64,000 nucleotides of DNA from contig JBAXNV010000001.1 in NCBI GenBank assembly GCA_037133595.1, forward strand, positions 30,479 through 94,478, given 5' to 3'. Of this stretch, positions 19,491 through 29,828 are shown piece after piece; the first letter of the stretch is position 1; the number at the start of each line of letters is the position of its first letter. Under the pieces are notes generated by a model, which was not told the DNA's origin, did no database searches, and worked only from the letters and a program-made list of their open reading frames with translations. The position numbers and the translations under genes were made by a program. Source of the DNA: a bacterium. GTDB taxonomy: Bacteria > Patescibacteriota > Microgenomatia > UBA1400 > UBA12108.

Positions 19491-20771
19491 ATGCTCAAAA
19501 GACTCAAAACTCTTACCTCCTCCTCTGGTGCCATCTCTCTATTTTTTATAAGCGGTGGCAACATTATCTCGACCATAATCTCGGCGCTTGCACTAATCAT
19601 TTTTTCGCGCTTTCTTGGCCCAGCCGAGTTTGGTGTTTTCTCGGCAGGCTTTGCACTTATGCAGATTATTATCCGCGTTGTCGATATGGGGGTAAACACA
19701 GCAGCCGAGCGCACAATAGCCCAAAAGTACGAGACTAGCGAAAGGCCAACAGCCATCTCATACATGCAACTAGTCCTCTGGATTAGATCGTTTGCAATCA
19801 CAATCGTATTGATTATCGGCCTTCTCTTTTCCCAGTCAATCGCCACTTGGCTTGGCATCACCAATCTATTAATCATCCGTCTCGCTTTTCTTACCTCTTT
19901 TGGTACGGTTTTTTACGAGTATGTAGCACTATTACTTCAGTCCACCCAGGCATTTATGTATGTTGCGCGCATGGCAATTGCTCAGGCATCAGCCAAGCTA
20001 ATTTTTGGCCTTATTCTTATTTGGCAACACGCATTAACCGCTACTTCTGCGCTAGCTATCTACGGTCTTATGCCCTTTTTTGGGGCTCTCTCTTCGCTTC
20101 GTCGCATTCCACTCACTTCCTTTGACTTGCCGCCAAATTGGCAAAAGCTCGGGAAGACTCTTGGGCTTACAGCTCGCTGGACAGCGATCAATATGATTGG
20201 GGTAACTCTCGCCGATAATATCGACATCCTGTTGGTGCAAAAGCTCCTTGGCAGTTATCAAACAGGTATCTGGGGCGCAGCGGGGCGCCTTGCACTATTT
20301 GCAAGCTTAATCGGGTTGTCCATGACGACAGTGCTTAGCATTCGCGTTGCGCGATACAACAACAAAAAAGATCTTGACGTCTATCTTGCCAAAGCCAAAT
20401 GGCTCGCACTTGGTGGCGCTACTCTCGTACTACTTGGCATTCCGCTTGCTGGGCTAGGCCTCTGGCTAACAGTCGGCCCAGAATACCTCGTAGGTACCAC
20501 TCCACTTATTCTTATGCTTGTTGCAGTTGCACTAGCTACATCCGCAGCTCCATATACCGCGCTCTTCTATCTTTTCAATCGCCCAGAGTATTATGCCTAT
20601 GTTGGCATCATCCTCGCAGTAGGGATAACGGTTGGCAATTGGTTTGCAATCCCTATCTATGGGCTAATTGGAGCAGGCACGGTAAAAATAGTTGTTCGCG
20701 CCGCAATTCTCGTATTTACACTTTTCTACGCGAGGTCTAGCTATCTTGGCCAAGTAAAGTATAGTAAGTAG
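19491..20771 (+). CDS. Wzx-like oligosaccharide flippase (MOP family)
   Basis: About 12 TM; SR.LGP.EFG, D.G, IDIL, IP.YG..GA. Confidence 0.85.
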   Translation: MLKRLKTLTSSSGAISLFFISGGNIISTIISALALIIFSRFLGPAEFGVFSAGFALMQIIIRVVDMGVNTAAERTIAQKYETSERPTAISYMQLVLWIRSFAITIVLIIGLLFSQSIATWLGITNLLIIRLAFLTSFGTVFYEYVALLLQSTQAFMYVARMAIAQASAKLIFGLILIWQHALTATSALAIYGLMPFFGALSSLRRIPLTSFDLPPNWQKLGKTLGLTARWTAINMIGVTLADNIDILLVQKLLGSYQTGIWGAAGRLALFASLIGLSMTTVLSIRVARYNNKKDLDVYLAKAKWLALGGATLVLLGIPLAGLGLWLTVGPEYLVGTTPLILMLVAVALATSAAPYTALFYLFNRPEYYAYVGIILAVGITVGNWFAIPIYGLIGAGTVKIVVRAAILVFTLFYARSSYLGQVKYSK

Positions 20772-21777
20772 ATCTACCAGCTCCTTTGCGTTCAATTATT
20801 TCCATACCAATCAGTCTTTGGAAATCAAGGGTGCGGGTAGCTTTTGCGCGAGTAGTGAGTTTGGCATAATCTCTATCGGTAATGTATCCATTCGTTTTAA
20901 TAAAGCCAATGATCTTATTATGATGAATCTCTAGGTTTGTTTCTGGCGAATCGGTGCGCTTTGGCAACATTTTTTGGACTCGCAATAATTCATCAATCAA
21001 ACCGGCGGTAAAATATTCAAGCCACGTGGTAAAGTCGATAGATTCTTTCAATTCATTGTAATCTCCATATTCACCTACAGTTTGAAAATATTTTGTCACA
21101 TTTTGGTTGTAGTAATTCTCAAAGCTAAACAAATTAAACGTATTAAGACCCATTTTTGCGAGCAACACCTTCGTTATCAAACGAGTAGTTCTACCGTTGC
21201 CATCCATAAATGGGTGAATAATAACCATTTGCTTATGAAAAATACCAGCCAAAATCAATGGATCAACCTTGGTTATATTTTTTTTAATATATTTAATCAA
21301 ATCCAACGTAAGGCTCTCAACAACATCAACCTCGGGTGGTAAATATACAATCTTTCCAGTTCTTGGGTCATTCACGACAACTGGCATTTTGCGTAGTCTA
21401 CCAGACTCTTGTTTGGGGAGTAGGTTTTGGGTAACTTGCTTGTGAGTCTGCAAGATAAGGGGGAGCGAAACCTCGATCTCGTTTGACTCAATTAATCTAC
21501 ATAAATTCTCAATAGCTAAGTTGTAGTTAATAACTTCACGCTCACTATCGCGGATATTGGTAGGTCGTGATTTTAGGAGTTGTTTTACTTCGGTAAGGGG
21601 CAGGGGATTGCCTTCGATACTGGTAGATGCAAAAGTCGAAACTTCCCTGGCAATAATCTCAAACTCCAAAAGAACCAATCTTGGGAATCGTCTATCGTTG
21701 AGGTCGTGAACGAGCGAATTTACCTTAGAAATATTTGCAAGTAACTGGTTCGAGATCAAAAATTTTGGCTCAAACAT
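20737..21777 (-). CDS. Fic family protein (class II) with C-terminal winged-HTH
   Basis: HPFMDGNGRTTR Fic motif, STSIEGN inhibitory motif, TA..D...L...G.GR.T.Y-like tail; start at MFEPKF. Confidence 0.9.
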   Translation of the reverse strand: MFEPKFLISNQLLANISKVNSLVHDLNDRRFPRLVLLEFEIIAREVSTFASTSIEGNPLPLTEVKQLLKSRPTNIRDSEREVINYNLAIENLCRLIESNEIEVSLPLILQTHKQVTQNLLPKQESGRLRKMPVVVNDPRTGKIVYLPPEVDVVESLTLDLIKYIKKNITKVDPLILAGIFHKQMVIIHPFMDGNGRTTRLITKVLLAKMGLNTFNLFSFENYYNQNVTKYFQTVGEYGDYNELKESIDFTTWLEYFTAGLIDELLRVQKMLPKRTDSPETNLEIHHNKIIGFIKTNGYITDRDYAKLTTRAKATRTLDFQRLIGMEIIERKGAGRSTYYTLLGQDS

Positions 21778-21779
21778 AG

Positions 21780-21815
21780 TAGTCGAATAATAGTCGATTA
21801 TTAGTCGATTGTCAA
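21780..21815 (-). promoter_or_regulatory. Fic promoter overlaid by three TAGTCGA(T/A)T direct repeats
   Basis: Minus strand TTGACA-17-TATTAT; repeats at 21780, 21791 and 21802. Confidence 0.75.
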
Positions 21816-21828
21816 GTAACAAGCCATC

Positions 21829-22563
21829 TTACACAATCCCCTCATACACCTTGGTCGCTTCTTCAATATCACCAAAGAACAATTGCTTGCCATTCTGTAG
21901 CACAAGCCCTTTGGTACAGTACTTTTTGACCATATCGGGGCTATGGCTCACCATTACCATAGTACTCCCAAGCTTCTTAAACTCGGCCATGCGAGCCAGA
22001 CACTTTTGCTGAAAGCTCTGATCTCCCACGGCCAGGATCTCATCAATTAGTAGTATATCGGGAGTTTCGGCAACAGCTACCGAGAAGGCGAGGCGCATAT
22101 ACATTCCCGAGGAATAGTGTTTGATCGGCTGGTCCATAAAGTTCTCAAGCTCGGCAAATTCGACAATATTATTGTATAGCTTATCCATATCTTTGCGCTT
22201 GATCCCGAGTATCGAGCCATTAAGGTATACATTCTCGCGCCCCGTAAGTTCTGGGTGAAATCCTGCACCAAGCTCGATAAGCGGCGCCACACGCCCATTC
22301 ACAGTTATTCGCCCATCAGAGGGCTTGGTAACACCCGCAATGATCTTAAGTAGGGTTGACTTGCCGCTACCGTTTCGCCCCATAATCCCCAGTGATTCTC
22401 CTTTGGCTAGTTCAAATTCAATCGAGGATAGTGCCGCAAAGTTGGTTTTGGTTTCTTTGCCAGAGAACAGGGCAGGGAGAAACTCCTTAAACGTTCGCTG
22501 TTTTTGCAGGCTATATTCTTTGCTTACGTTTTCAGCTTGTATGGCGCATGTTGGGTTAGACAT
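21829..22563 (-). CDS. wzt: Polysaccharide ABC exporter ATPase
   Basis: GRNGSGKST, GAGFHPELTGREN, YSSGM..RL, DE.LAVGD..F; no C-terminal sugar-binding domain. Confidence 0.92.
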   Translation of the reverse strand: MSNPTCAIQAENVSKEYSLQKQRTFKEFLPALFSGKETKTNFAALSSIEFELAKGESLGIMGRNGSGKSTLLKIIAGVTKPSDGRITVNGRVAPLIELGAGFHPELTGRENVYLNGSILGIKRKDMDKLYNNIVEFAELENFMDQPIKHYSSGMYMRLAFSVAVAETPDILLIDEILAVGDQSFQQKCLARMAEFKKLGSTMVMVSHSPDMVKKYCTKGLVLQNGKQLFFGDIEEATKVYEGIV

Positions 22564-23356
22564 AGTCGGCAAATCTCCCTTCCAGTTTCTTAAACACCAC
22601 AAACCCAATCCCAAAGAAAACGAGCGCAGTAACAGCGGCAATAGACAAGCTAACCATATTTGGCTCTTTGCCAGACAAGATAACTTGTCGATAGGCATTG
22701 ATAATCACAGACATAGGGTTAAGGGATAGCAAGAATCGGTACCTCTCGGGTATTACTTCCACTGGGTACATAATCGGAGTAAGGTACATCCACACAAGGA
22801 TAATTAGACCGAGCAGGTACTGGATATCACGGTAAAAAAGGTTAAAGGCCGAGACGAGTAGCGATAGCCCCATAGATAGTAAGACTTGGATCAAAAATAT
22901 CGGTAGTATCCACAGGTAGTGGATCGTAAGCGGGATATGAAAGATGAAAAGAAAAAGTATAAGTACGAGGCACGAGTAGCCAAAGTCCACAATCTTGGCG
23001 ATGATTGTGGCATAAACAAGGATTTCTCGGGGGAAGTAAATCTTGGTGATCAAATTGCTGTTACCCACCAGCGCCCCAGCCGATGACATTAGGCTAGAGG
23101 TAAAAAGGTTCCAGGGGAGTAGGGCAACAGTCAAAAAGATAATAAATGGCACACCAAGCGAGGGCACGTGTAGGATCTTGTCGAAAACAAAGCTCATCAC
23201 AATAAGCTGAAACAGCGGATTAAGTATTACCCATGCGTATCCTAGTACCGACTGCTTGTACCTCTGTGATATCTCGCGGTTGGCCAGATTCCAAAGTAGC
23301 TCTCGATGTTCCCAAAAAAGCTTAAGATTGACAGCCAACTTTTGCACAAGATTCAT
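22556..23356 (-). CDS. wzm: Polysaccharide ABC exporter permease
   Basis: RYKQSVLG..W..LNP, KIYFPRE, RD, TPI.YP, NP. Confidence 0.92.
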   Translation of the reverse strand: MNLVQKLAVNLKLFWEHRELLWNLANREISQRYKQSVLGYAWVILNPLFQLIVMSFVFDKILHVPSLGVPFIIFLTVALLPWNLFTSSLMSSAGALVGNSNLITKIYFPREILVYATIIAKIVDFGYSCLVLILFLFIFHIPLTIHYLWILPIFLIQVLLSMGLSLLVSAFNLFYRDIQYLLGLIILVWMYLTPIMYPVEVIPERYRFLLSLNPMSVIINAYRQVILSGKEPNMVSLSIAAVTALVFFGIGFVVFKKLEGRFADYV

Positions 23357-23374
23357 ACGTCTAGTCTATCACAA

Positions 23375-24442
23375 CTATGATCGAAAAATATTTTCCCAAG
23401 TTAGGGGCGATAGTTGCTTTTCCAGATTAGCTAACTCGCCACTAAGGTCGTTAATGGATTTATATGTCTTAGTAATTTGGCTTACCCATGTTTTTGCGTT
23501 ACGCTCGTTAGCGTAAGGAATAATAGTTAGTAATTTTGATTTAATCCCTATCCCTTCTGCTCCAATTTCGGTCGTTATTATTGGTTTCCCATAAGAAAGA
23601 CTCTCTAGTATCTTGATTCTAGTCCCAGAACCAGAATAAATAGGTGCAACTAAGAAATCAATCTTTGAGTAAAAATCACGCAATTCGTCGATATGATCAA
23701 TTATTTCTACATGTTTGTTTTCGCTTAGCAATTTGTCAAACTTACCTAGTACCATCACGCGATATTCGTGTTCTCTCGTATTTAATGCGGGGAGAATATT
23801 CTCGGTAATAAAGTTGATAGCCGCAATATTAGGTGTATGCGATTGAGAGCCAATAAATCCAAGAGTCATAATTTTACTTGTTCTTGGCGGCAAAAAATGT
23901 ATCCCATCAATTCCGTTTGGAGTAATTAATATATTATTCATTCCAAATAAATTAGATAATGCGGCGGCATCTATCTTAGACATTGTGACAACTTGGTGGA
24001 ATCGCTTAAGGTAGTATTTTTCGTAGATATACACCTGTAGGCAGCTTGCGAGTCGCAGCAGTACCACGAAGGGATTATTGCTTTCCCATGCACGTCTCCA
24101 GAAAGAAACAGTAGATATGTCTAACGAAACAAATGTAGTAGGAACGTCGCGCGGCAGAAACTGCGCAAGATATAGCAACTGCGTGCCTTCTATTCTAATT
24201 TCATCAAAAGATTCATTCTCCAACAATTTGCGCAACTCAGGATTGTAATAATTGGTCATATGATAGGGGATGCCAGTTGTTATCGAAGTCCAAAGAGACT
24301 TTCTAACTACAGACACTTCCCTAAAGGTAATTTCATATTTTTGACTCAAGTATTTAAGAGTATTTTTTAGTCTTGTGGCACCACCATTATTTTGTGGTAG
24401 TAGTGGTATCCCGGAAATAAGTAGAAGTTTTAGTTTTTTCAT
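23375..24442 (-). CDS. GT4 glycosyltransferase
   Basis: P...GG..R, PNG.D, P...GSGTRIKILE, GAEG. Confidence 0.85.
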   Translation of the reverse strand: MKKLKLLLISGIPLLPQNNGGATRLKNTLKYLSQKYEITFREVSVVRKSLWTSITTGIPYHMTNYYNPELRKLLENESFDEIRIEGTQLLYLAQFLPRDVPTTFVSLDISTVSFWRRAWESNNPFVVLLRLASCLQVYIYEKYYLKRFHQVVTMSKIDAAALSNLFGMNNILITPNGIDGIHFLPPRTSKIMTLGFIGSQSHTPNIAAINFITENILPALNTREHEYRVMVLGKFDKLLSENKHVEIIDHIDELRDFYSKIDFLVAPIYSGSGTRIKILESLSYGKPIITTEIGAEGIGIKSKLLTIIPYANERNAKTWVSQITKTYKSINDLSGELANLEKQLSPLTWENIFRS

Positions 24443-24528
24443 TACCGCCTATTTATAACATGTAGATGAGGATACATTCCCAATGTTTGACACTTATTGC
24501 TGTCACACATATATAATACAACCTTATT

Positions 24529-25377
24529 ATGATAAAAATACTGAAGAAATATCACAACAGTTATCTAGTTTATAAAATGCTTCACAAGAAGGAATCTCTC
24601 TTTGGGAACAGAATCCAAGTTGTAGAAGGATTGGCACAGAACAACCTCAAACCTATAGATACTCAGATCAATCCAATTTCAATAATTATTCTTAATCATA
24701 ATAATGGAAACATCCTCCCAAAATGCCTGGACTCACTAATAAAATATAATGATTACGGTTATCGAATCATTGTGGTAGATAATTTATCAGCAGACAAATC
24801 TGTTGAGTTTTTAGGGAAAAAATACAAAAACATAATAACAATAGTACGTAATAAGATTAATGGATGTGCTTCTGGTAGAAACCTTGGGGCAATAGAGGCT
24901 GGTCAGGGATTATTAGTATTTCTTGACAGCGATCAGGGGCCAACAGCTCACAATTGGTTAGACAACTATCTTCAAATATTGTTATCAGATCCAAAGGTAG
25001 GAGCAATCGGTAGTAATGGAGGGTTCTTCACGGAAAGAGATCTTACCGGACCTTTACTAAGCCTGTTTCCGAATTTAGGGATGAAACAAGGCGTTATTTG
25101 TCGTACAAATATCGATTACCTAGAAACGAGTGGTTTTTTGATTAGGAAAACCTTATTTGATAAGATAGGGGGATTTGACGATCATTATGATCCATATATT
25201 TTTGAGGATGCAGACTTGTCGAGAAAAATTGTTAAGTCGAATCATTTACTATGTTATAGTCCCTATCTATCTGCTTATCATGATGCTCACAGTACAACCA
25301 AATCCGATCAGGCAGGCCAAGATTACTTAACACAATTTAGCAATAACGCGGCGTATTTTAGAAAAAAGTGGTTGTAA
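24529..25377 (+). CDS. GT2 glycosyltransferase
   Basis: IIILN.N, VVDN.S.D.S, GRNLG, FLDSD, GGFD, EDADL. Confidence 0.85.
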   Translation: MIKILKKYHNSYLVYKMLHKKESLFGNRIQVVEGLAQNNLKPIDTQINPISIIILNHNNGNILPKCLDSLIKYNDYGYRIIVVDNLSADKSVEFLGKKYKNIITIVRNKINGCASGRNLGAIEAGQGLLVFLDSDQGPTAHNWLDNYLQILLSDPKVGAIGSNGGFFTERDLTGPLLSLFPNLGMKQGVICRTNIDYLETSGFLIRKTLFDKIGGFDDHYDPYIFEDADLSRKIVKSNHLLCYSPYLSAYHDAHSTTKSDQAGQDYLTQFSNNAAYFRKKWL

Positions 25378-26268
25378 TTTGTACTCCGTTGATAAGAGAC
25401 TTTCTTCATAAAACGGCTTTTCAGTTTGGTCAAACTGCTCTTTTGCATACACGCCAGCTACAGAATAGCCAATTCTATTCATCTGTCTAGTCATCTGGTG
25501 ATAAAACCTTGCGATTGATCCATCTATTCTAATTTTGTCCTGGGTTGGAACGACCTTCATTAATCGGATCCAAAATGCATTAGACTCTTCAGTGGCGCGC
25601 TGACTATAAGTACCTTGTCCCGGATGCTTCCTGGAGCAAAGTAGATAGTCTTTCATGAAGAGGATATTGTATTTTGGAAATAATCTTAGCCACATATCAT
25701 AATCCTGAGAAGTGCGAAGGCTTGGATCAAATAATCCTTCTTTAATTAAAATATTTTTAGGAATTAAGGTAGTACATCCGAAAACTAATCCTTTTACGAC
25801 GGGGTAGTAATGACATTGAAATTTTCTTACGTCGTGCACATTCTCGATGTTAACGGATTCGACGATATCTGCATTTTCATTAATTATTCGATAATTAGAA
25901 AACAATATTGTCTTATTTCGCAAATCTGCATCTATTTCATTCAACGTCTCTACTTGCTGCTCGATCTTATTGGGTTCAAACACGTCATCATGCGACAGCC
26001 AAGAGATATATTGTCCTTTAGCTTCAATTATCCCAATATTCAAAGCATCGGATACTCCACTATTCTTTTTCCCTATATATCTAATTTTATTTCCATAAGA
26101 TTTAACTATTTCTTCTGTATCATCAGTCGAGCCATCATTTACAACAATGACTTCGCAGTTTTTGTGGGTTTGCGCCAGTGCACTGTCTATGGCTTGGCAC
26201 AAGTATCTGGTACCATTGTAGACAGGAATTACGATAGAAACTAACAGATCATTGTTACTTTTATTCAT
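25327..26268 (-). CDS. GT2 glycosyltransferase
   Basis: VSIVIPVYNG, VNDGSTD, WLSHDD, QDYD.W.R. Confidence 0.9.
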   Translation of the reverse strand: MNKSNNDLLVSIVIPVYNGTRYLCQAIDSALAQTHKNCEVIVVNDGSTDDTEEIVKSYGNKIRYIGKKNSGVSDALNIGIIEAKGQYISWLSHDDVFEPNKIEQQVETLNEIDADLRNKTILFSNYRIINENADIVESVNIENVHDVRKFQCHYYPVVKGLVFGCTTLIPKNILIKEGLFDPSLRTSQDYDMWLRLFPKYNILFMKDYLLCSRKHPGQGTYSQRATEESNAFWIRLMKVVPTQDKIRIDGSIARFYHQMTRQMNRIGYSVAGVYAKEQFDQTEKPFYEESLLSTEYKLQPLFSKIRRVIAKLC

Positions 26269-26292
26269 CAGAGACAGCAATCTTTCTTTGAT

Positions 26293-27582
26293 TTAGTCGA
26301 CTAACTCTAGAAACTTCAATCTGTCACGAACGATCCTACTAATATTTTCTGGACTAAAGTATTTATTAGCAGTATATTTACCCTCAACTATAAGTTTATT
26401 TCTCCAGACTGAATCAGAAACCATTCGATGCATGTGTGTTATTGCCTCATCAATATTTGGATTAGCCCAAATCAAACCATCACCGGGCTTTGAACCAACA
26501 TATTTGCCATTTACAGGAACTAGATCATAACCAACGAGTGCCGTATTCATATGTGTCATATACTGCATATTACCTGACCATGCAGTTGAAATTACCGGCG
26601 TGCCCAAAGACATAGCTTCTAGAGGCAACAAACCAAAACCTTCAGAACGATGCAAAGATATCACAGCATCTGATATCTGAACTAATGTTCTTTTTTCGAT
26701 ATCTGATAGATATTTTTCTATAAAATAAATATGCGGATAAGGCGACAATGCCTTCTTTAATTCTTGGATGTGTCTTCTATGTTTGTTTGAATAATTCAGT
26801 TTCAATACCAATCCAACATTATGGTCATCTGGGGAAAAAGCTTTTAAAAAAGCTTTAGCAACAGCATGAGGATTTTTTCGGGACACATAGCTCGTGCAAT
26901 CATAAGCAAACGTAAATATGAATATATTGCTGTCGATCTTAAAATGGTTTCTACCATCTTTTAGGATTGTTTTTTTTGGATTTGCGAATAGTGGAACTGT
27001 GATAACGGGAACGATTGATTTTTTCCCAATTGCAATTGTACAAAAATCAGAAAGAGTCCATATTTCGTGGAACATACTCAAATGACGGCTATAAATTTCA
27101 GGTAGTTCTTCTAGCTCCCATGCCAAATATCCGATATTAAAATATTTTTTGCCATCAAGGCCGAGATGTAACATCATTGCTGATGCATTTGAGGTAGCAT
27201 GACAAGAAAAAAGATTAACGCTGTATGGTTTTTTGCTTTTAAATTCTAATTTACATTTTTTAAGATCGGATAAATCAAATATATTATACGGAATTTGAGC
27301 ACTATCTAATAACTGTTGTAACGAGCGAGCTATTTCGCCAGCACTGTTTTTCAAATCATAAACGAAAAGATTTACGCCTTGTGGCAAATTACTAAATCTG
27401 CGACGATTTAATCTGACATTTTCATTGTACAAATAAATTTTTTGATAAAATGCATCTTTAAAATTGCCGTAAATTTTACCAGGTAAAACAGACTTTATAA
27501 TATGCTTTACTGAACGTATTACAGGGAATGTGTTAATCTTTATTGACAAGTGTTGTCTGTCAATTTGTTTATTTATGACCAT
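26293..27582 (-). CDS. GT4 glycosyltransferase
   Basis: WE, RKNP...AF, SLHRSEGFGL...EAM..G.PVI.T. Confidence 0.88.
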   Translation of the reverse strand: MVINKQIDRQHLSIKINTFPVIRSVKHIIKSVLPGKIYGNFKDAFYQKIYLYNENVRLNRRRFSNLPQGVNLFVYDLKNSAGEIARSLQQLLDSAQIPYNIFDLSDLKKCKLEFKSKKPYSVNLFSCHATSNASAMMLHLGLDGKKYFNIGYLAWELEELPEIYSRHLSMFHEIWTLSDFCTIAIGKKSIVPVITVPLFANPKKTILKDGRNHFKIDSNIFIFTFAYDCTSYVSRKNPHAVAKAFLKAFSPDDHNVGLVLKLNYSNKHRRHIQELKKALSPYPHIYFIEKYLSDIEKRTLVQISDAVISLHRSEGFGLLPLEAMSLGTPVISTAWSGNMQYMTHMNTALVGYDLVPVNGKYVGSKPGDGLIWANPNIDEAITHMHRMVSDSVWRNKLIVEGKYTANKYFSPENISRIVRDRLKFLELVD

Positions 27583-28684
27583 ATTTTGTCTTAATTTTAC
27601 TGCTTAAAAGTATAAATATTTTTTTTAATGCTTTCCAAAGCCCATATTTCTTGATTGCTTTGAAAGTTCTGGCAGGTATATCGTAACGCAAAAAAAGACG
27701 GATTGTTTTATGAGCAGATTTAGCAATAGTTTTTTCTTCACTAACCAATGAAACTGTATTTAAATTTCGCCTACCATACATTGTTTTAATACCTTTGCCT
27801 TCTGCTAATACCTCCACATAATCAAGTGCAATAGAATAGTCTGCATATGCAAAAAAATACTCCATATCAAGAAAAAACTGTGCTACTGTCGGAGATATTT
27901 GAAGGATTTCTTCATCGTTTAGATGATCTAGAATGTCAATATAGAGCAAACTATACTCGATATTACCCCGAGTATGAGATCTCCTACCTTGTCTGCTAGA
28001 TGATTCTCGAGCTGTAATTAGAACTTCATTTATATATAGGTGTGGAAACTTTGCAAATGCTCGGTAATAGAATTCAAAATCGTGGGCTACCAATGATGTT
28101 TCATCAAATAATCCAACTGTTTCAAATACTTTTTTTGAAAACAGGTGGGTGCAGCCATGTGTTTTATTGTAAATAACAGGATATAGCCACAAATCATTTC
28201 TTTTTGGATACTCGTCTCTATGTTGCTGGTAACCAGCAGTGGGAAATGTTCTCGTGTAATCTTCGTTCATTCCGTCCAAATCAGAAATTATAATAGTGTC
28301 TCTATTTTTCAATTTGGAGAGTTCTTCTATAGCTCGAGAAATCTTTTGTGGATAGTATAAATCATCATGACTTAGCCAAGAAAAATATTCTCCACGCATT
28401 TCTTTTATACCGAGATTGAGAGCAGTTGATGTTCCTCCATTTTTCTTAGAAAAATAGCGAATTTTATCACCATAAGACAATGCAATTTTTTCGGTGGCCC
28501 CATCATCATTTGATCCATCATTGATAACAATTATCTCTATGTTCTTATATGTTTGAGACAAGGCGCTATCAATAGCTTCACGAAGAAAATTTGAGCCGTT
28601 ATATACAGGGATCACGATTGATACGAGTGGATTCCAGCTTAATGATTTGATTATTATTGGCTTCTTTTTATTATTATTTATCAT
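27569..28684 (-). CDS. GT2 glycosyltransferase
   Basis: PLVSIVIPVYNG, INDGS, WLSHDD; paralogue of 25327..26268; ATGA overlap. Confidence 0.9.
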   Translation of the reverse strand: MINNNKKKPIIIKSLSWNPLVSIVIPVYNGSNFLREAIDSALSQTYKNIEIIVINDGSNDDGATEKIALSYGDKIRYFSKKNGGTSTALNLGIKEMRGEYFSWLSHDDLYYPQKISRAIEELSKLKNRDTIIISDLDGMNEDYTRTFPTAGYQQHRDEYPKRNDLWLYPVIYNKTHGCTHLFSKKVFETVGLFDETSLVAHDFEFYYRAFAKFPHLYINEVLITARESSSRQGRRSHTRGNIEYSLLYIDILDHLNDEEILQISPTVAQFFLDMEYFFAYADYSIALDYVEVLAEGKGIKTMYGRRNLNTVSLVSEEKTIAKSAHKTIRLFLRYDIPARTFKAIKKYGLWKALKKIFILLSSKIKTKYGHK

Positions 28685-29790
28685 AACTTTGTCCAAATAG
28701 TTCTATTAACATATTCTGTGTAACTTGCAATAATTTTGACTACTTTTTGTGCCAAATGATCGACATCATAATCTTTAACAACGCCAATCTGACCAATTTG
28801 GCTCGTAACAATTTTTATAGAATTTAACACATTTTCTTTTTTTAACCCACTCATAATCAGCGTACCTTCATCCATGCCCTCTGGTCTTTCATGTGCTTGT
28901 CTAATCGTAATAGCAGGAAAAACTAACAGTGACGACTCTTCGGTAATAGTGCCGCTATCGGAGATCACACAGAAAGCATTTTGTTGCAATTTAATATAAT
29001 CAAAAAAACCAAAAGGTTTACTTATTCTGATTAATTCGTGCAACTCAATATTTTTCTCTATTAACAACTTTTGCGTTCTAGGATGACAGGAAAAAATTAT
29101 TGGCATCCTATATTGTTCACAAATTGCATTAAGTGAATTAACTAAGTCAGTAAAGTTACTCCAATTATCAATATTTTCCTCGCGATGTACGCTTAAAACA
29201 AAGTATTTTTTTGCTGTCAAATCTAGTTTTGTCAAAATTTCACTCTTCTCAATTAGTTTGCTATTTTCTCTAAGTACTTCTTTCATGCTCGAACCAACCT
29301 TGATAATAGTTTCTGGCCTAATACCTTCGGTAATTAGATATCTCCTAGCGTGTTCTGTAATTGTTAAATTAATGTCGCTTAAATGGTCAATAATTTTTCT
29401 GTTGATTTCTTCTGGCACTCTTTGGTCAAAACATCTATTGCCAGCTTCCATGTGAAAAATTGGAATTCTATTTCTTTTAGCAGAAATTACAGATAAGCAA
29501 GAATTGGTGTCCCCGTAAACAAGTAAAGCATCAGGTGTATTTTGTTTAAACAACTCGTCTGATTTACTAATAATATTGCCGATTGTCTCGGCAGTCGTTT
29601 TGCCCGTTGAGTTCATGAAATAATCTGGTTTTCTGATGCCCAATTCTTCAAAAAAAATCTCATTTAATTCATAGTCATAATTCTGACCAGTGTGAACTAA
29701 AATATGCTCGGTATACAAATCCAATTCTTTAATCACCTGCGACAACTTGATAATTTCTGGTCTTGTGCCAACAATGGTCATGACTTTCAT
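28681..29790 (-). CDS. wecB: UDP-N-acetylhexosamine 2-epimerase, non-hydrolysing (WecB family; FnlC/WbjD/WbvD type)
   Basis: GTRPEIIK, HTGQNYD, GDTNS, HMEAGNR, PEE.NR, SDSGT..EE, HERPE. Confidence 0.9.
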   Translation of the reverse strand: MKVMTIVGTRPEIIKLSQVIKELDLYTEHILVHTGQNYDYELNEIFFEELGIRKPDYFMNSTGKTTAETIGNIISKSDELFKQNTPDALLVYGDTNSCLSVISAKRNRIPIFHMEAGNRCFDQRVPEEINRKIIDHLSDINLTITEHARRYLITEGIRPETIIKVGSSMKEVLRENSKLIEKSEILTKLDLTAKKYFVLSVHREENIDNWSNFTDLVNSLNAICEQYRMPIIFSCHPRTQKLLIEKNIELHELIRISKPFGFFDYIKLQQNAFCVISDSGTITEESSLLVFPAITIRQAHERPEGMDEGTLIMSGLKKENVLNSIKIVTSQIGQIGVVKDYDVDHLAQKVVKIIASYTEYVNRTIWTKL

Positions 29791-29828
29791 ATTATTCTCC
29801 CAAAGATAATTTTTGATAAAACTTAAAT

